Both the position numbers and the translations under genes were made by a program. A stretch of DNA of 64,000 nucleotides from positions 32,001 through 96,000 of IMG/VR virus record IMGVR_UViG_3300025411_000008; one strand, written 5' to 3'. Every line of letters begins with the position of its first letter. Positions within the stretch are counted from its first letter, which is position 1. Shown in pieces: positions 9,089 through 19,954 of the stretch. The notes under the pieces are model-generated. The model worked only from the letters and a program-made list of their open reading frames with translations, was not told the origin of the DNA and did not search any database. This DNA is from a virus.

Positions 9089-11559
9089 TAGAAGTTGCTG
9101 GCTCCTCTAATTGTGTAAAGAATGTTGTAAAGAGAAGGCAGCGTATTGCTAGGAAGAATAAAGTCGCTAGTAAATGTCTGCAAGACGGTTCCGTCAGGCG
9201 CAGTAGTGCTAACGCTTGTAATCTTTACGTTGGCGATACCAGGCACTGATAGAAACTGTGATGCCAAACCAGCAAACGTCAAAGTGCCGAAGTAATTAAA
9301 CCCATTGAAGTATGAGCTAATAAGATTTGTAGCGTTAGAAAAGACTGTGCTTTGGCTGTAACTATTGTCAAGAACTACACGTGCATTGATCGTTAAAGAA
9401 GCAAACTGCGCTTGGTGAACAAGCGTGTTGACGCCGAGAGGCCTGCTCTGCTGGATAAGGGACTCAACAGTTGTAACATCACCATTGTAATCGTGAGCAT
9501 AAGTAACCCATGCTGAGCTTGATGGCAATGCAGGCCATCCTGAAGGAGGTGTAGACGTATCGAAAGCAAGGCCAGACATGTCGAGGATGCTGTTCTGATT
9601 AAGGGTCTGGTCATACAATGGGTAGACGATTGCTTTACCACTAAGGGTAACAGTGCCAGTAGCAGTGGTATTCTGGTTCAGGTAGATGCCGTTGCTAGTT
9701 ACGCTGCTAATAAAGAACTGACTGCCAGAAGTTAATGTACCTGTTGCCAAGGCAAGTCCTGGGTAGAGGAACGTATTAGCGTTGCTTACCGTAACGAATG
9801 TACCACCTAATCCGTCAGAAGTCACAGTACCAGTGAATGTGACGTATGGGTAAGGGTTAAGAGCGATTGGATAGATGTAACTAAGACCATTGGTGGTGTT
9901 ATACAAGGTAACAGTATCTGCAACTCCGCTAGAGGAAGTGCTAATCTGCGACGGGAAATTGATCAATGGCTTCTGGTTCAATGATACGTAAATATCATTT
10001 GTTGTAGCAGTGTTTGTTGCTGCTGTTACACCACTTCCAAGCGTATAGTTTTGAGTGTTTAAGTAACTCCTACTGTTACCCGAAATCAAAACGGAGGTGG
10101 GGTTATAGCTACTTTGTTCGTATACCTGGGTTGCTGTAGTGCCATTGATAAAGATATCAACGAAGTTACCGCTCGTGATTGTTGTCGAACGGCTCGAGGC
10201 AGGGCTGTATTCAGATGTTAGACTGACCTGGCTACCATTGAATAAAATACCTGAGGCAGCATAATAACTATTGTTAAGGATGTTGATCTTCAAAGGAATA
10301 GTAAGTGCTGTACCGCTTGGGTAGTAGTAGTCAACTAAGTTAGCAAACGTTGACTGGTTTGAAGTATTAAACCCATAGCCAACTAGTTCATTGCCTTGTG
10401 GGAAAAGGTAACCACTATACGTAGGGTTGTAAGACAAGGTACCAGATGTACCAATGTCTGGGTTGTTTGATGTAATTGACTCATAGAAGTAGAAGTTACC
10501 GCTACTAGTAATACCACTGGTCGTTGCTGTGCCACCTGTACCAGACATGGTTATTCTGTAAGGGCTAGGGAGGTTGGCAGTGATATTGAAGCTACCTGCT
10601 GTGTTCAGGTTGGTTGTACCACTAACGCCGGATACGGTGTAAGCAAAACCACTGCTTAAAACATAACCCGGGTATAGACCTGAGATAGTAGTGTTCAAAG
10701 AAGTTTGCAAACCGCTTGGGGTCGAACCACCACTAATTGAGATGCTAGCTACGTTTACTGTTCCCGTGTACGTGATGTTGTTGACGTTCATACCACTGTA
10801 TGCGACAAAGTTCAGAGTAGCTGTAGTGCCACTAGCAGTAACACCAACGGTTGAACTGATCTGCAACTGTTCATTGTAGAAATACTGTGTGCTATTTGCG
10901 GTTGCCAGGGTTACATTTGGGTTTTGCAAAGCAGTCAAAACATACTTACCAAATGTACCTGTGGTGTTGTTGAAAGCAGTGTTCTGCCATCTTGATCTAA
11001 GAGCTGAGTCGCTTTCTGTGTCAAGTCCACCAGATAATGGGTTGGTATTAAAAACGCTACCGATGCCGAAAAGACTGCCGACAAGATTTGTAATTGCACC
11101 CGCAGGGGCGTTACCAATCGCTCCTGGGATAGAAGCTACGACCGGCACATCAACAGAAGTATCACCAATACCAATGATTGCTGGAGCAGTAGTCGCAAAG
11201 TAGATAGAGGATACGTAATTACCACCAATTGGGATAGCAACCTGAGTTCCAACGGGAACGTCAAGGATGTTTGTGGCTGGAGTACCGCCTGTACTGAAGG
11301 TTACAAGGCCCGATGCTCTCTTGCCGAGCTGACGGTATACGCCGAAAAGGTTGCAGAAGTTGTCGAGCTGATTGCCATTCTTCGTATTGATGTTATAACT
11401 ATATGCTTGCAGCACTGAGTTGTTGTTTGCTGTAGCGATCTCTTGGGCGACAGCTTCCAAAATCTTGTACGTTGCTGTTCCAACGCTAACGTCCCAGGTG
11501 GGGTCGTAAACGGAAAGGGCGGCTTGAAGCCTAGCGAGAACTCCTGTTGTATCAGCCAT
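9088..11559 (-). CDS. baseplate J-like wedge protein with a large Ser/Thr-rich insertion
   Basis: G..LD...LFG..R...A.G.V.F, G..GN...G.I and GG.D.ESD..LR.R signatures. Confidence 0.88.
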   Translation of the reverse strand: MADTTGVLARLQAALSVYDPTWDVSVGTATYKILEAVAQEIATANNNSVLQAYSYNINTKNGNQLDNFCNLFGVYRQLGKRASGLVTFSTGGTPATNILDVPVGTQVAIPIGGNYVSSIYFATTAPAIIGIGDTSVDVPVVASIPGAIGNAPAGAITNLVGSLFGIGSVFNTNPLSGGLDTESDSALRSRWQNTAFNNTTGTFGKYVLTALQNPNVTLATANSTQYFYNEQLQISSTVGVTASGTTATLNFVAYSGMNVNNITYTGTVNVASISISGGSTPSGLQTSLNTTISGLYPGYVLSSGFAYTVSGVSGTTNLNTAGSFNITANLPSPYRITMSGTGGTATTSGITSSGNFYFYESITSNNPDIGTSGTLSYNPTYSGYLFPQGNELVGYGFNTSNQSTFANLVDYYYPSGTALTIPLKINILNNSYYAASGILFNGSQVSLTSEYSPASSRSTTITSGNFVDIFINGTTATQVYEQSSYNPTSVLISGNSRSYLNTQNYTLGSGVTAATNTATTNDIYVSLNQKPLINFPSQISTSSSGVADTVTLYNTTNGLSYIYPIALNPYPYVTFTGTVTSDGLGGTFVTVSNANTFLYPGLALATGTLTSGSQFFISSVTSNGIYLNQNTTATGTVTLSGKAIVYPLYDQTLNQNSILDMSGLAFDTSTPPSGWPALPSSSAWVTYAHDYNGDVTTVESLIQQSRPLGVNTLVHQAQFASLTINARVVLDNSYSQSTVFSNATNLISSYFNGFNYFGTLTFAGLASQFLSVPGIANVKITSVSTTAPDGTVLQTFTSDFILPSNTLPSLYNILYTIRGASNF

Positions 11560-12001
11560 TTACGCTAACTCCATTATTATCGATATATACGTTAAGATTA
11601 ACATTGCTATTTGCCATGGTCAACAAGTTAATATTAGCTATGATTGTTGTGTTTTGTATGCTTACATTAACTGAAGTGATGCTTTGAATGATTTCACTCT
11701 TATTCCAGTTTGAAAGCTGTGAAGAGTTTTGTGAAAGCTGTAGAGACTGAACCTGATTAACCATGTATAATTGCAAAACTCTATTAATTTCGCTCTTCAC
11801 TGAGCTTATGGTAGAGCCATTCTGCGTACCGCCAATCATCCCTGGCAATAAGCTACCTACGTTTGGGGTAGTATACCCAGTTCCAAGAGGCTCTTCAAGC
11901 CACAATGTGAGGTCTTGCACAAGCTTATTTTGGCCAACGATGAACTGGATCTTCCCACTGTTTAACTGGATGTCTCCGTTGCTGACCGCGATAGTTTTCA
12001 T
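11552..12001 (-). CDS. baseplate wedge / sheath initiator (gp25-like)
   Basis: 149 aa; GD+, L.Q.L..WL.EP.G....P..GS.L pattern; position before baseplate J. Confidence 0.75.
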   Translation of the reverse strand: MKTIAVSNGDIQLNSGKIQFIVGQNKLVQDLTLWLEEPLGTGYTTPNVGSLLPGMIGGTQNGSTISSVKSEINRVLQLYMVNQVQSLQLSQNSSQLSNWNKSEIIQSITSVNVSIQNTTIIANINLLTMANSNVNLNVYIDNNGVSVNG

Positions 12002-12033
12002 ACTATCTTAGGCAAAATAAGGGCTGTAGTACA

Positions 12034-12840
12034 TTACGCCTGGCTGACAGTCATTGTCCAGGATGGGATTGAAGGGCCGTATGGTGGCGTTGGCCACGCT
12101 GGTGCATAACCATTAGCCACACTTGGTTGAGCAGCAGCATAAATTTGGTTTGGTGTATCTACTGCCCAAACCAACTCCATGAAGTCTCCAGCACTCATTT
12201 GTTGAATAAAGTTCCAAGAAGGCAAAGCATAAGGAGATTTAGCATAAATACTTATTTCTCCGCTTGACCATGGTGTGTCTGCTCCATTTATTCTTGCCCA
12301 TATGCTTGCATTGTATGTTGAGTTGCCACCAACTCCAACAACAGCAAATTGTGCACTGAAGCTAAAGATGTAAACACCCGCTGCATCGGGGGTAATTCTA
12401 CTGCCTGATACTAGAGTAAACCCTTGTGATCCTGCATCGTTGTTGAAAGTTACCGTATAAGGCGTTCCGCTAGCCACTGCGATCTGATTAGTTGTGTCGT
12501 AGTAGTTACCATAGGTTGATGAGTATTGTGGAAGGATATCAGTGCTATTGATCTGACGCGTTGTAGAGTCAAATATGCCAGCGTATAGATACAAGCGGTA
12601 CAAACTAGTGCGTTTTTCAACCCACCAAACCTGATCAGGTGCAATCTGCTGAAGGTTGATGCCTGCTGGGTATGCCTGCAGATCGATCTCGATCTGAAAG
12701 CCCTTCATGTCTAAGCCCAGACAGTAATAGTTATTAGGTGCGCCTGCAGCATTGCTGAATGGGTGCAGCAGAGGACCCGTCGTTAGGATCACTCTTCTTA
12801 CGTTGAGATTGCTACTCGTTTTTGAACCGCTGATGTTCAT
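12034..12840 (-). CDS. baseplate spike-region protein with a C-terminal beta-sandwich (BclA/C1q-like) domain
   Basis: Position after the hub gene; C-terminal AGVYIFSFSAQF...AGDFMELVW pattern. Confidence 0.5.
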   Translation of the reverse strand: MNISGSKTSSNLNVRRVILTTGPLLHPFSNAAGAPNNYYCLGLDMKGFQIEIDLQAYPAGINLQQIAPDQVWWVEKRTSLYRLYLYAGIFDSTTRQINSTDILPQYSSTYGNYYDTTNQIAVASGTPYTVTFNNDAGSQGFTLVSGSRITPDAAGVYIFSFSAQFAVVGVGGNSTYNASIWARINGADTPWSSGEISIYAKSPYALPSWNFIQQMSAGDFMELVWAVDTPNQIYAAAQPSVANGYAPAWPTPPYGPSIPSWTMTVSQA

Positions 12841-15644
12841 GCTAGATTCAATCCATAGCTCATAATTTTACCATTTTTCATAGGCGCTGTGAGAGTGGCT
12901 TGTGTAGTGAACCCACCTGAACGGTCACCCGTGTGAATGACTGATGATACATAGAACATGTAATTGTTCTGTGTGGCAGTCTCGTCAGTTACGTTCATAG
13001 ACACTCTCATACCTGGATAGAGCTCAGGCATAAATGTAAAGGTAACATTGCTAACGTATTGATTGGTCCATTGCTGCATGAAGGTATACAAGGCATAAAT
13101 ATACTCAAGAGACAATGAGTGAATCATATTCTGCTCATTAACGTATGGTCTCATGCCATATCTATCAAGGAATGTCGCTGCAGACAATGTATTTTGCTTT
13201 GTTGTCGGTTCGCTTAATGATTGAGAACCAAACAGCATTGACATCGTTGTTGCATCTTGGATGCTAACGATACCGTTGGTAGTAAGATAGTCAGCATTGC
13301 TTACCTGTTGACCGACGCCGTTGGTGTCACCAACAATACCTACGTGTGTTGCAAGTTGGTTATCATCATGATAAATCTGAAAGTCGATGATTTCAACTGG
13401 GCTAATGTCTAGAACAGGGTCAGTGCCATAAATGCCGTAGTAGTCAGGGAACCATGCAACGAAGTCACCATTTGGTGCACTCATATATGAACGCATGCCT
13501 CCCTGCATAATTTGAGTCAAGTCTTGCATGACAGGGTTGTCAAGCAGGAAAGCTCTTGGTGTACCAAGCATTGAGCTCGATCTTGGGTCGAACTGTGGCA
13601 TACCAAACAAGTTGTTGTATGACTTGGCAAGGTTGATTGTTGCTCGTTGTTGCGGGTCGTTTGGGTTAAGCGTCGTTGCTTTATCTGTGGTAGATGTAGA
13701 AGAGTTGTAATCAGTATTCAATAGAGAGGTTGCTTGAGCACCAGTCCAGCTATTGATTAACGTTAATGGTGAACGAGCACCAATATACTGTTGACCAGCA
13801 TATCCTTTGCTTGCAAAGATGGTCTTACCACCCACCATGTCAGGCCAAAAAAGCTTCTGAATGTGAGGACCTACTCCATAGGTGGATGACTCAATGGCCC
13901 AACCGACTCCTGGCTCACTGGGAATATTGTCAAGCCCAACACCTAAAGGTGGTTGCTGTCCAAACCCTCCGATCAGAATAGAAACGTGGTTAGGAAGGGG
14001 TCCTGCCTCACCAATAACATTCCAGAAAATTAAAGCACCAGGGGTTGGTATTGTATTCTTATCAGACCAGATACCATACGTATCGGGTAAGCTACCGTCA
14101 AGTGGGCCACATTCACCAGTTGTATTGCTACCATGAAGATTAATACCAATTTGTTGGTAAGCCCAGTAAGCAAGTCCTGAGCAGTCAAAAGCACCGTTCT
14201 TTGCTCCATAGGCAGTAGCAGGAGTCATTCGTGTTACTTGACGACCATCATATTCAGTTGGCTTCTGCGTATAAGCATCGCCAAGCTGACCGGCAAGTAC
14301 ATAGATAAGCTTATTAACTGCTTCTGTCCAAAGAAGGCCACTATTGGCAAGGGTTGTTCCTCCACCATAGGTCGAGTTGGCGTTTGCTTGATCAGTTTTT
14401 GATGGAACAACAACACCAGCAACTGGTGAAGTTGTTGGGTCTGGCCAACTTGTACTAATTGTTATAGGTCCTGGGTCTTCTGTGGAGTTCCATTTCGTAG
14501 GGTCACTAATTTTACCATTAAGGTACGCTGCAACACCTGGGTGAACCTGTATATAATCAACAGTCGGGTCATATACTGCATATCCCTTGAGCGATTGATT
14601 TGCTTTTTGTGGGATAGATGTTGCTCTTAGATTAACAACAAGGTTGTTGCTGCTATATAGTTGAATAATTCTTCCATCAGCCCCAAACGTACTTGGGTTA
14701 TTCATCAACCATGTTTTTGCATTGTCTTGAATCGTTTGATATTGCTTCTTTTGTTCTGAAGTGAGCTTATCTGTTACCTGGTACTGCAAGAATGACCAGG
14801 GTGCTGAGCAGTAAAAGATATCTTCTGTAATAAGATTATCGTTTACTGGGTTCATCGTGTTAGGACCCGGAAAGTTTGCTTTGCCACCAGCGATTGGGCT
14901 AGTTAAGAAACCTCTTGCTTGATTAGCAGTAAGAGAAACTCCAATACCTTTATCTGGTGCACTAGTATTGCTTGTCGTGCTTAGGTCTGTTGAACTGCCC
15001 TGAGATCTTGATTTATTAACATTTAGAATATTAGCAAGGTCTTGCACTGCATTCTGATTAAGTTGCTCGCCAGCTAGCATTCTTGTATAAGCTTGAGCTG
15101 CATAGTTAATGAATTGATCTGGAACGTTTTGAATGTGAATGCGATCAGGATTCCAGCCGCAAACACCATAAAGCATATTTACAACAGCAGTTGCTACGCC
15201 ACCATCATTAAGAGTTTGCTGTGTACTCCGAGCAACTTTGTCCATAAAATTAAGCAGCAAGCTTTGGTACTTGACAAGCGTGTCATCCCAATAAGTAACT
15301 TGAAGAATACGCAGAGTACAATTAGCTGTGATCTGGATAGGCGTTGGCACCAGTGTCTCGATAGGAGCATACGTGACATAGCCTGTAAACACTTGTACCC
15401 ACTGTGTTCTCTTTAGGAAAACAGTAATACGGTCCATAGTACTGATTTGGTTAGGCATACCAAAGTTATACTTACGGCCTGGGTTGTTTAACGTGCAGTT
15501 GAAACTACTCACTGCATTCATCTCACGGTCCACTGTAAAGTTCATTACATCAGCAGACACGTCCATAGGCCCAGCAGCAACTGAGTCAATGACAACACTG
15601 ATGTCCGGCGAATAAATGAAGGTACCTGATTGATTAAAGCTCAT
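12837..15644 (-). CDS. baseplate hub protein with an NlpC/P60 peptidase domain
   Basis: FDCSGLAYWAYQQIG, PGALIFW and NHVSI catalytic Cys/His motifs; hub-like termini (FMPELYPGMRV). Confidence 0.85.
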   Translation of the reverse strand: MSFNQSGTFIYSPDISVVIDSVAAGPMDVSADVMNFTVDREMNAVSSFNCTLNNPGRKYNFGMPNQISTMDRITVFLKRTQWVQVFTGYVTYAPIETLVPTPIQITANCTLRILQVTYWDDTLVKYQSLLLNFMDKVARSTQQTLNDGGVATAVVNMLYGVCGWNPDRIHIQNVPDQFINYAAQAYTRMLAGEQLNQNAVQDLANILNVNKSRSQGSSTDLSTTSNTSAPDKGIGVSLTANQARGFLTSPIAGGKANFPGPNTMNPVNDNLITEDIFYCSAPWSFLQYQVTDKLTSEQKKQYQTIQDNAKTWLMNNPSTFGADGRIIQLYSSNNLVVNLRATSIPQKANQSLKGYAVYDPTVDYIQVHPGVAAYLNGKISDPTKWNSTEDPGPITISTSWPDPTTSPVAGVVVPSKTDQANANSTYGGGTTLANSGLLWTEAVNKLIYVLAGQLGDAYTQKPTEYDGRQVTRMTPATAYGAKNGAFDCSGLAYWAYQQIGINLHGSNTTGECGPLDGSLPDTYGIWSDKNTIPTPGALIFWNVIGEAGPLPNHVSILIGGFGQQPPLGVGLDNIPSEPGVGWAIESSTYGVGPHIQKLFWPDMVGGKTIFASKGYAGQQYIGARSPLTLINSWTGAQATSLLNTDYNSSTSTTDKATTLNPNDPQQRATINLAKSYNNLFGMPQFDPRSSSMLGTPRAFLLDNPVMQDLTQIMQGGMRSYMSAPNGDFVAWFPDYYGIYGTDPVLDISPVEIIDFQIYHDDNQLATHVGIVGDTNGVGQQVSNADYLTTNGIVSIQDATTMSMLFGSQSLSEPTTKQNTLSAATFLDRYGMRPYVNEQNMIHSLSLEYIYALYTFMQQWTNQYVSNVTFTFMPELYPGMRVSMNVTDETATQNNYMFYVSSVIHTGDRSGGFTTQATLTAPMKNGKIMSYGLNLA

Positions 15645-16309
15645 TTCAGTCCTTTCAAGATAGCTTTGGTACCAGCAGTAAGATTATTGATGTTGATCCA
15701 GCCACTACCATAAGCGTTAATATCTGCCGCTGTTGGTGCATAAGTTATACCACCAGGTCCTTGGCCGCTAGTACCTGACATAGCAGTTGCTGGCGTGTTC
15801 GCTACATTTGGAGTCAAGATATTCATTGTATACTGCGTTGTAAATGAGCTCTGGAACCTAACATATTGCTTATCTACTGTCTGAATCCAGCCAGTGTGTT
15901 GAATAACATCTAATGGGTCCTTGCTAATTAACGTATTGTAGATGGGCAATGTATTATCAGAGTTATTATAGTACGTTAATGTCATTGGCGCAACAGTAGA
16001 GCCATTAATGATTGCATTATAATGAGAATAAATAGCATCTTGGAATTTATTCATTTTAGAGAAGCCATCTGCAGGATCGATATCTTCGTAACCAAGGGTT
16101 AGTCGGGCCCCACCAATGGAGATAAGTGGCCACAATGCATCAAACTGGAACATCATTTGAGCGCGACGAATAGGTATCCAGCTCATGCCAGCACGAACCT
16201 GTTGACTAGAGAACTCATTGTTGCTGCTAGTGCTGATCGTCTGCATCCAGATATCAAATGTGGTTAAACTACCATTGTAGTAGAGAGTTACTGTAGCGTT
16301 CCCAGCCAT
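15641..16309 (-). CDS. tail/baseplate structural protein
   Basis: Synteny between tape measure and hub; start MAGNATV at 16309. Confidence 0.65.
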   Translation of the reverse strand: MAGNATVTLYYNGSLTTFDIWMQTISTSSNNEFSSQQVRAGMSWIPIRRAQMMFQFDALWPLISIGGARLTLGYEDIDPADGFSKMNKFQDAIYSHYNAIINGSTVAPMTLTYYNNSDNTLPIYNTLISKDPLDVIQHTGWIQTVDKQYVRFQSSFTTQYTMNILTPNVANTPATAMSGTSGQGPGGITYAPTAADINAYGSGWININNLTAGTKAILKGLK

Positions 16310-16470
16310 TGTTCCCAACTCGCATCTGGTGTTTTATTTGCTTCATGGATGATACCCATGTTATTACTCCATGCAAACCCATTGAAGCTAATCGTTTGTT
16401 GGCCTGGATAAAGAATCGGTGTAGTGACTCTACAGTTTGCGTATGTGGTTCCAGTATTGATGTTATCCAT
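16288..16470 (-). CDS. small tail-module protein (60 aa)
   Basis: MDNINTGTTYANCRVTTPILYPGQQ...; fills the gap between two tail genes. Confidence 0.55.
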   Translation of the reverse strand: MDNINTGTTYANCRVTTPILYPGQQTISFNGFAWSNNMGIIHEANKTPDASWEQWLGTLQ

Positions 16471-16474
16471 AAGA

Positions 16475-17077
16475 TCATCCAGTCTGAGAATTGTTAGTGT
16501 TAGTAGGTTGAATTGCGCCGCTTTGCAGTGCATTGATTACGTCTTGATACTGTAGGTTACTAAGTGCAGAGGAAAGTCCCGTCCACTGAGGGCTAAACCC
16601 AACTCCTTCTGCGATCTTATTCACTGCATTCAAACTTGCAGCATTGGTAGCGATATTAGTGAGGTCTTGTTGCACTTCCATCATGATTACATAAGGGTAC
16701 TGCACGGTTGTTACACCCCAGCCCATTTGAAAGTTCTCGAGGAAGACTCTATAACTTAAATTACGACTAGGAATATTTATGCTCATAGACTGCTTAGTCT
16801 GATTCTGGTTATCCTGCATTGTTTTGAAGTCTTTAAACAATTGCATCAAGGTACCACGGTTACCAGCTTCGCCTTGCATAGTCATAGTTGTTATCTGTAC
16901 AGAAAGCAACTGTACGACACGACCACCAATAGTGCTGTAACTTTGTGTATTCATGTTGTAGCTCCAGTTCAACTGATTAATGTTGAAAGGGAAACTGTAT
17001 ACAGTACCGGTTGTATTATCTGTTAAATACGCTACATCAGGTGTATTTTTATCGAGGAAGGGGGCTACGCTACTCAT
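16475..17077 (-). CDS. tail tube initiator / baseplate hub-associated protein
   Basis: Immediately after the tape measure gene; F..N.NQL.WSY......TIGGRVVQLLS motif. Confidence 0.65.
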   Translation of the reverse strand: MSSVAPFLDKNTPDVAYLTDNTTGTVYSFPFNINQLNWSYNMNTQSYSTIGGRVVQLLSVQITTMTMQGEAGNRGTLMQLFKDFKTMQDNQNQTKQSMSINIPSRNLSYRVFLENFQMGWGVTTVQYPYVIMMEVQQDLTNIATNAASLNAVNKIAEGVGFSPQWTGLSSALSNLQYQDVINALQSGAIQPTNTNNSQTG

Positions 17078-19533
17078 TATTTAGTTGGCTGTCTATTGGG
17101 GTTTACTGCACCATTATTAAATCCTGCGGTGCCTTGTTTTGTTGATGCTGTAAGAATGCCTGCGAAAGAAGGGTGGATACCAACAGTAACTTGAACTTGC
17201 TGTGGAGTGGGGTTGGTGGGCGTGGGCACGCCTGGCATTGAATAGCCCGGAGATGATGATGAGTACCCTGGTATGCGATATGGTGTGGTGGGCGTTTGGC
17301 CTGGTATTGAATATTGATACTGTGGCAATTTACCACTGTTTATTTGGTTTACTGCTGCTTCTGCTTGTTGATAAGCTTTTAAGTTTGCAGGTGTTGGACT
17401 GGCAACGTAAGTATTATAAGCTGTCGTTGCTTGAGAATTGGCTGCGTTTGCTTGGTTTTGAGCAAATGCGTTAACTCCGCCACCCATGTAAGCAAGAGCT
17501 CTGGCTGATGCTCCTCCAGCACCAGCGGAGTTTTTATTAATTGCTGCGGCTAAGGCTGTGGGGGTAGCAGCAGCTGATCCAGTACCAGCTTTATTAAATA
17601 TTTGTTGCCGTTTGACGATATTCCAAGCCCAGTCAGCAGCTTTTTGCAATGATGAAGCAGCAGTTTGATAACCAGTTGCGCCTGATGAAACAAGGCTTTG
17701 TAAGATAAGCTGAAGAACAACGATGCTATCTTGATTCTTGTTTAAGAAGTCGTTCTCATCCTTATATGTTGATTGGATGTCGATTCCAGCCCAACTTAGA
17801 ATTTGTTCTTGTGATGCATTAGTTGCTGTGGCAATTGATGACTTGGACATGTTTCTCATTGCCCCGAACAAGCCCGTATAACTTACACCAAGCTGTTGAG
17901 ACAGAAGAGCATTGTTAATCATGGAACCCATACCTTCGGTTCCTGTAAATCCTGCTGCCTGTGCTACAAGGTCACCAGCACCAAACTGAGCTGCATTAAC
18001 ACCCAGTTGTGCTGATGTTGCAGAACTCGTTCCCATGCCAGCATAACTAGTCATGCCCTGTAGATAAGATTGGTTACCATAGGTAGTACTTGTCGTAGTG
18101 TTATTTTCAAGGTTACGAACTGCACCGAAAGCACTGGCGTTATCATTAAGGCTTACGCCAGCGCCCAACCCTGCTCCAAGAATTCCTTGAGCCTGTTGTG
18201 CAGAAAGACCATATTGTGTTTGGAACTGGATACCCTTATTCACATAGTTATTAAGGGCGCCACCCTTCAAACCAAGTTCAGATCCATAAACCTGGTTCTG
18301 CATAACATCTTGCATGCTATAAAATGGGTTTAAGTTAAAGTCAGACTTAAGGAAAGCACTGATTCCCTGGCCAATGCTACGACCATAGTCAACCTGACCT
18401 GTTACACCACCCATGGCTTGACCCATTGCAGTGTACTGACGTGCTGTATTTGCAACGTCAGATAAGCCACCATATATTTGCCCTGCTACGTTGGCATAAC
18501 CTGAGAACTTTGTAAATCCTTCTACGAGCTTGCTGCTAAAGACCTTAGCAACGGCGTTGGCTGTCTTAAGGGCTGTTGTCTCAGGTCCTTCTTGGATACC
18601 ACCGACTCTGGTATATGTATCTGGACCAGTTTGTACAGTATTAGAGCGTTGTGATTGCTTAATGCTTTTTAGGTCTACGCCAAGACCTCCAAGCGCAGAT
18701 TGTACTCTTCCACCAATGCCTTTGCCAAGGCCAAATGGGAGTGCGTCAGATACTCTGGAAATCTGGTCCATCATATCTGTATAGGCGTATTCAGCTGCTC
18801 TACCTTCGCTACCAGGTGCCATGATCTTGCCTAGTCTTGCATTGGCATAAGGGTATTGCTTAAGCTGAGAACGAATTAAATTCTGAGCAGATGTAACAGG
18901 TGTTTTTCTAACGTATGCTCTTCGGCCTCGTTGACTAACGCGTCCTGTTAAAGAATCAGTATTAACTGATCTAGTCTCTTCTTCATCGTCTTCATCGTCA
19001 AAACCGCGACCACTGGCGCCACCGCCACCGCCACCACCACCGCCTCCAGACCTTTTCAAGAAACGGCTATAGATGCCACGACGCTCATTCTCGTAAGAGT
19101 TGGTAAAGTCGGGGCTAGCAGTAGATGGGTAAACACCACCTCCACCGCCTCCTCCACCACCGCCTCCTCCACCACCGATGCCAAGCATGCCAAGGACATT
19201 GCTCATGTTGCCGCCAAGGCCCTTGACACTATTCATCATCTCGTTTAGAGCATTGATGTTATTAGAGAAGTTGCTCTGGTTAGATTGCACCAGGCTTTGG
19301 ATAGTCTGGAGAACAGTATCCATCTTGCTCAGCACTTCGAGGTTCTGGTCGAAGTACTTACGCATAGTATCAGCACGCTCACTAATACCAGATACGCCCT
19401 CTTCGATAGCGCCGATGTCAGCTCTGATCTGCTTTGTTAAAGCACCGAGCTGGTAGAAACCCTGTACTGCAGGGCCTGTATTACTGGAGACATCAATATT
19501 TAGGTTATACGAGCTTTCATTGTCGTTAGCCAT
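17077..19533 (-). CDS. tape measure protein
   Basis: Follows the frameshifted chaperone pair; A/G/S/Q-rich and helical; poly-Gly tracts; start MANDNESS with GGAG SD. Confidence 0.75.
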   Translation of the reverse strand: MANDNESSYNLNIDVSSNTGPAVQGFYQLGALTKQIRADIGAIEEGVSGISERADTMRKYFDQNLEVLSKMDTVLQTIQSLVQSNQSNFSNNINALNEMMNSVKGLGGNMSNVLGMLGIGGGGGGGGGGGGGGVYPSTASPDFTNSYENERRGIYSRFLKRSGGGGGGGGGGASGRGFDDEDDEEETRSVNTDSLTGRVSQRGRRAYVRKTPVTSAQNLIRSQLKQYPYANARLGKIMAPGSEGRAAEYAYTDMMDQISRVSDALPFGLGKGIGGRVQSALGGLGVDLKSIKQSQRSNTVQTGPDTYTRVGGIQEGPETTALKTANAVAKVFSSKLVEGFTKFSGYANVAGQIYGGLSDVANTARQYTAMGQAMGGVTGQVDYGRSIGQGISAFLKSDFNLNPFYSMQDVMQNQVYGSELGLKGGALNNYVNKGIQFQTQYGLSAQQAQGILGAGLGAGVSLNDNASAFGAVRNLENNTTTSTTYGNQSYLQGMTSYAGMGTSSATSAQLGVNAAQFGAGDLVAQAAGFTGTEGMGSMINNALLSQQLGVSYTGLFGAMRNMSKSSIATATNASQEQILSWAGIDIQSTYKDENDFLNKNQDSIVVLQLILQSLVSSGATGYQTAASSLQKAADWAWNIVKRQQIFNKAGTGSAAATPTALAAAINKNSAGAGGASARALAYMGGGVNAFAQNQANAANSQATTAYNTYVASPTPANLKAYQQAEAAVNQINSGKLPQYQYSIPGQTPTTPYRIPGYSSSSPGYSMPGVPTPTNPTPQQVQVTVGIHPSFAGILTASTKQGTAGFNNGAVNPNRQPTK

Positions 19534-19954
19534 TTTCGTCTCCAATCTTATCTATATCTATATTGGCAAATGGGTTGATTAAACTCATTTGCTTAACAAA
19601 TTCCTCATCAGCAGATCTGTCTGGGCTAGCATTAGCACTCTTGTGGATCTCAGCGAACATCTGTTCCACTACTCTTGCTTCTTCAGTTGAAGTGGGAGCT
19701 GACCAAACGACTTCGTTTTCTTCGTTTTCTTCCTTGTGCTTCATGTAGCTCTTGTATAGCTCTGGGTTAGAAACAAACATTGATTGCTCAAAATGTATTT
19801 CTTCAAGCTCATTATCATATTTGCGTTTGCGAAGCTTAACGGAGGCAAGCAAGCATTGCTGTAAGAAATTGAGATCTGTGTTGGCAAAGATACCAACCGA
19901 GTGAGCGTATTCGCTCTTCTCAATTACGTACGGGTCTACTTCCCATCTTTTGGG
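19526..19954 (-). CDS. tail assembly chaperone, -1 frameshift extension (gpGT-like C-terminal part)
   Basis: The -1 frame is open from the slippery heptamer C CCA AAA (19954-19948) through RWEVDPYVIEKSEY...LLASVKLRKRK to the stop at 19526. Confidence 0.8.
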   Translation of the reverse strand, partial: PKRWEVDPYVIEKSEYAHSVGIFANTDLNFLQQCLLASVKLRKRKYDNELEEIHFEQSMFVSNPELYKSYMKHKEENEENEVVWSAPTSTEEARVVEQMFAEIHKSANASPDRSADEEFVKQMSLINPFANIDIDKIGDENG

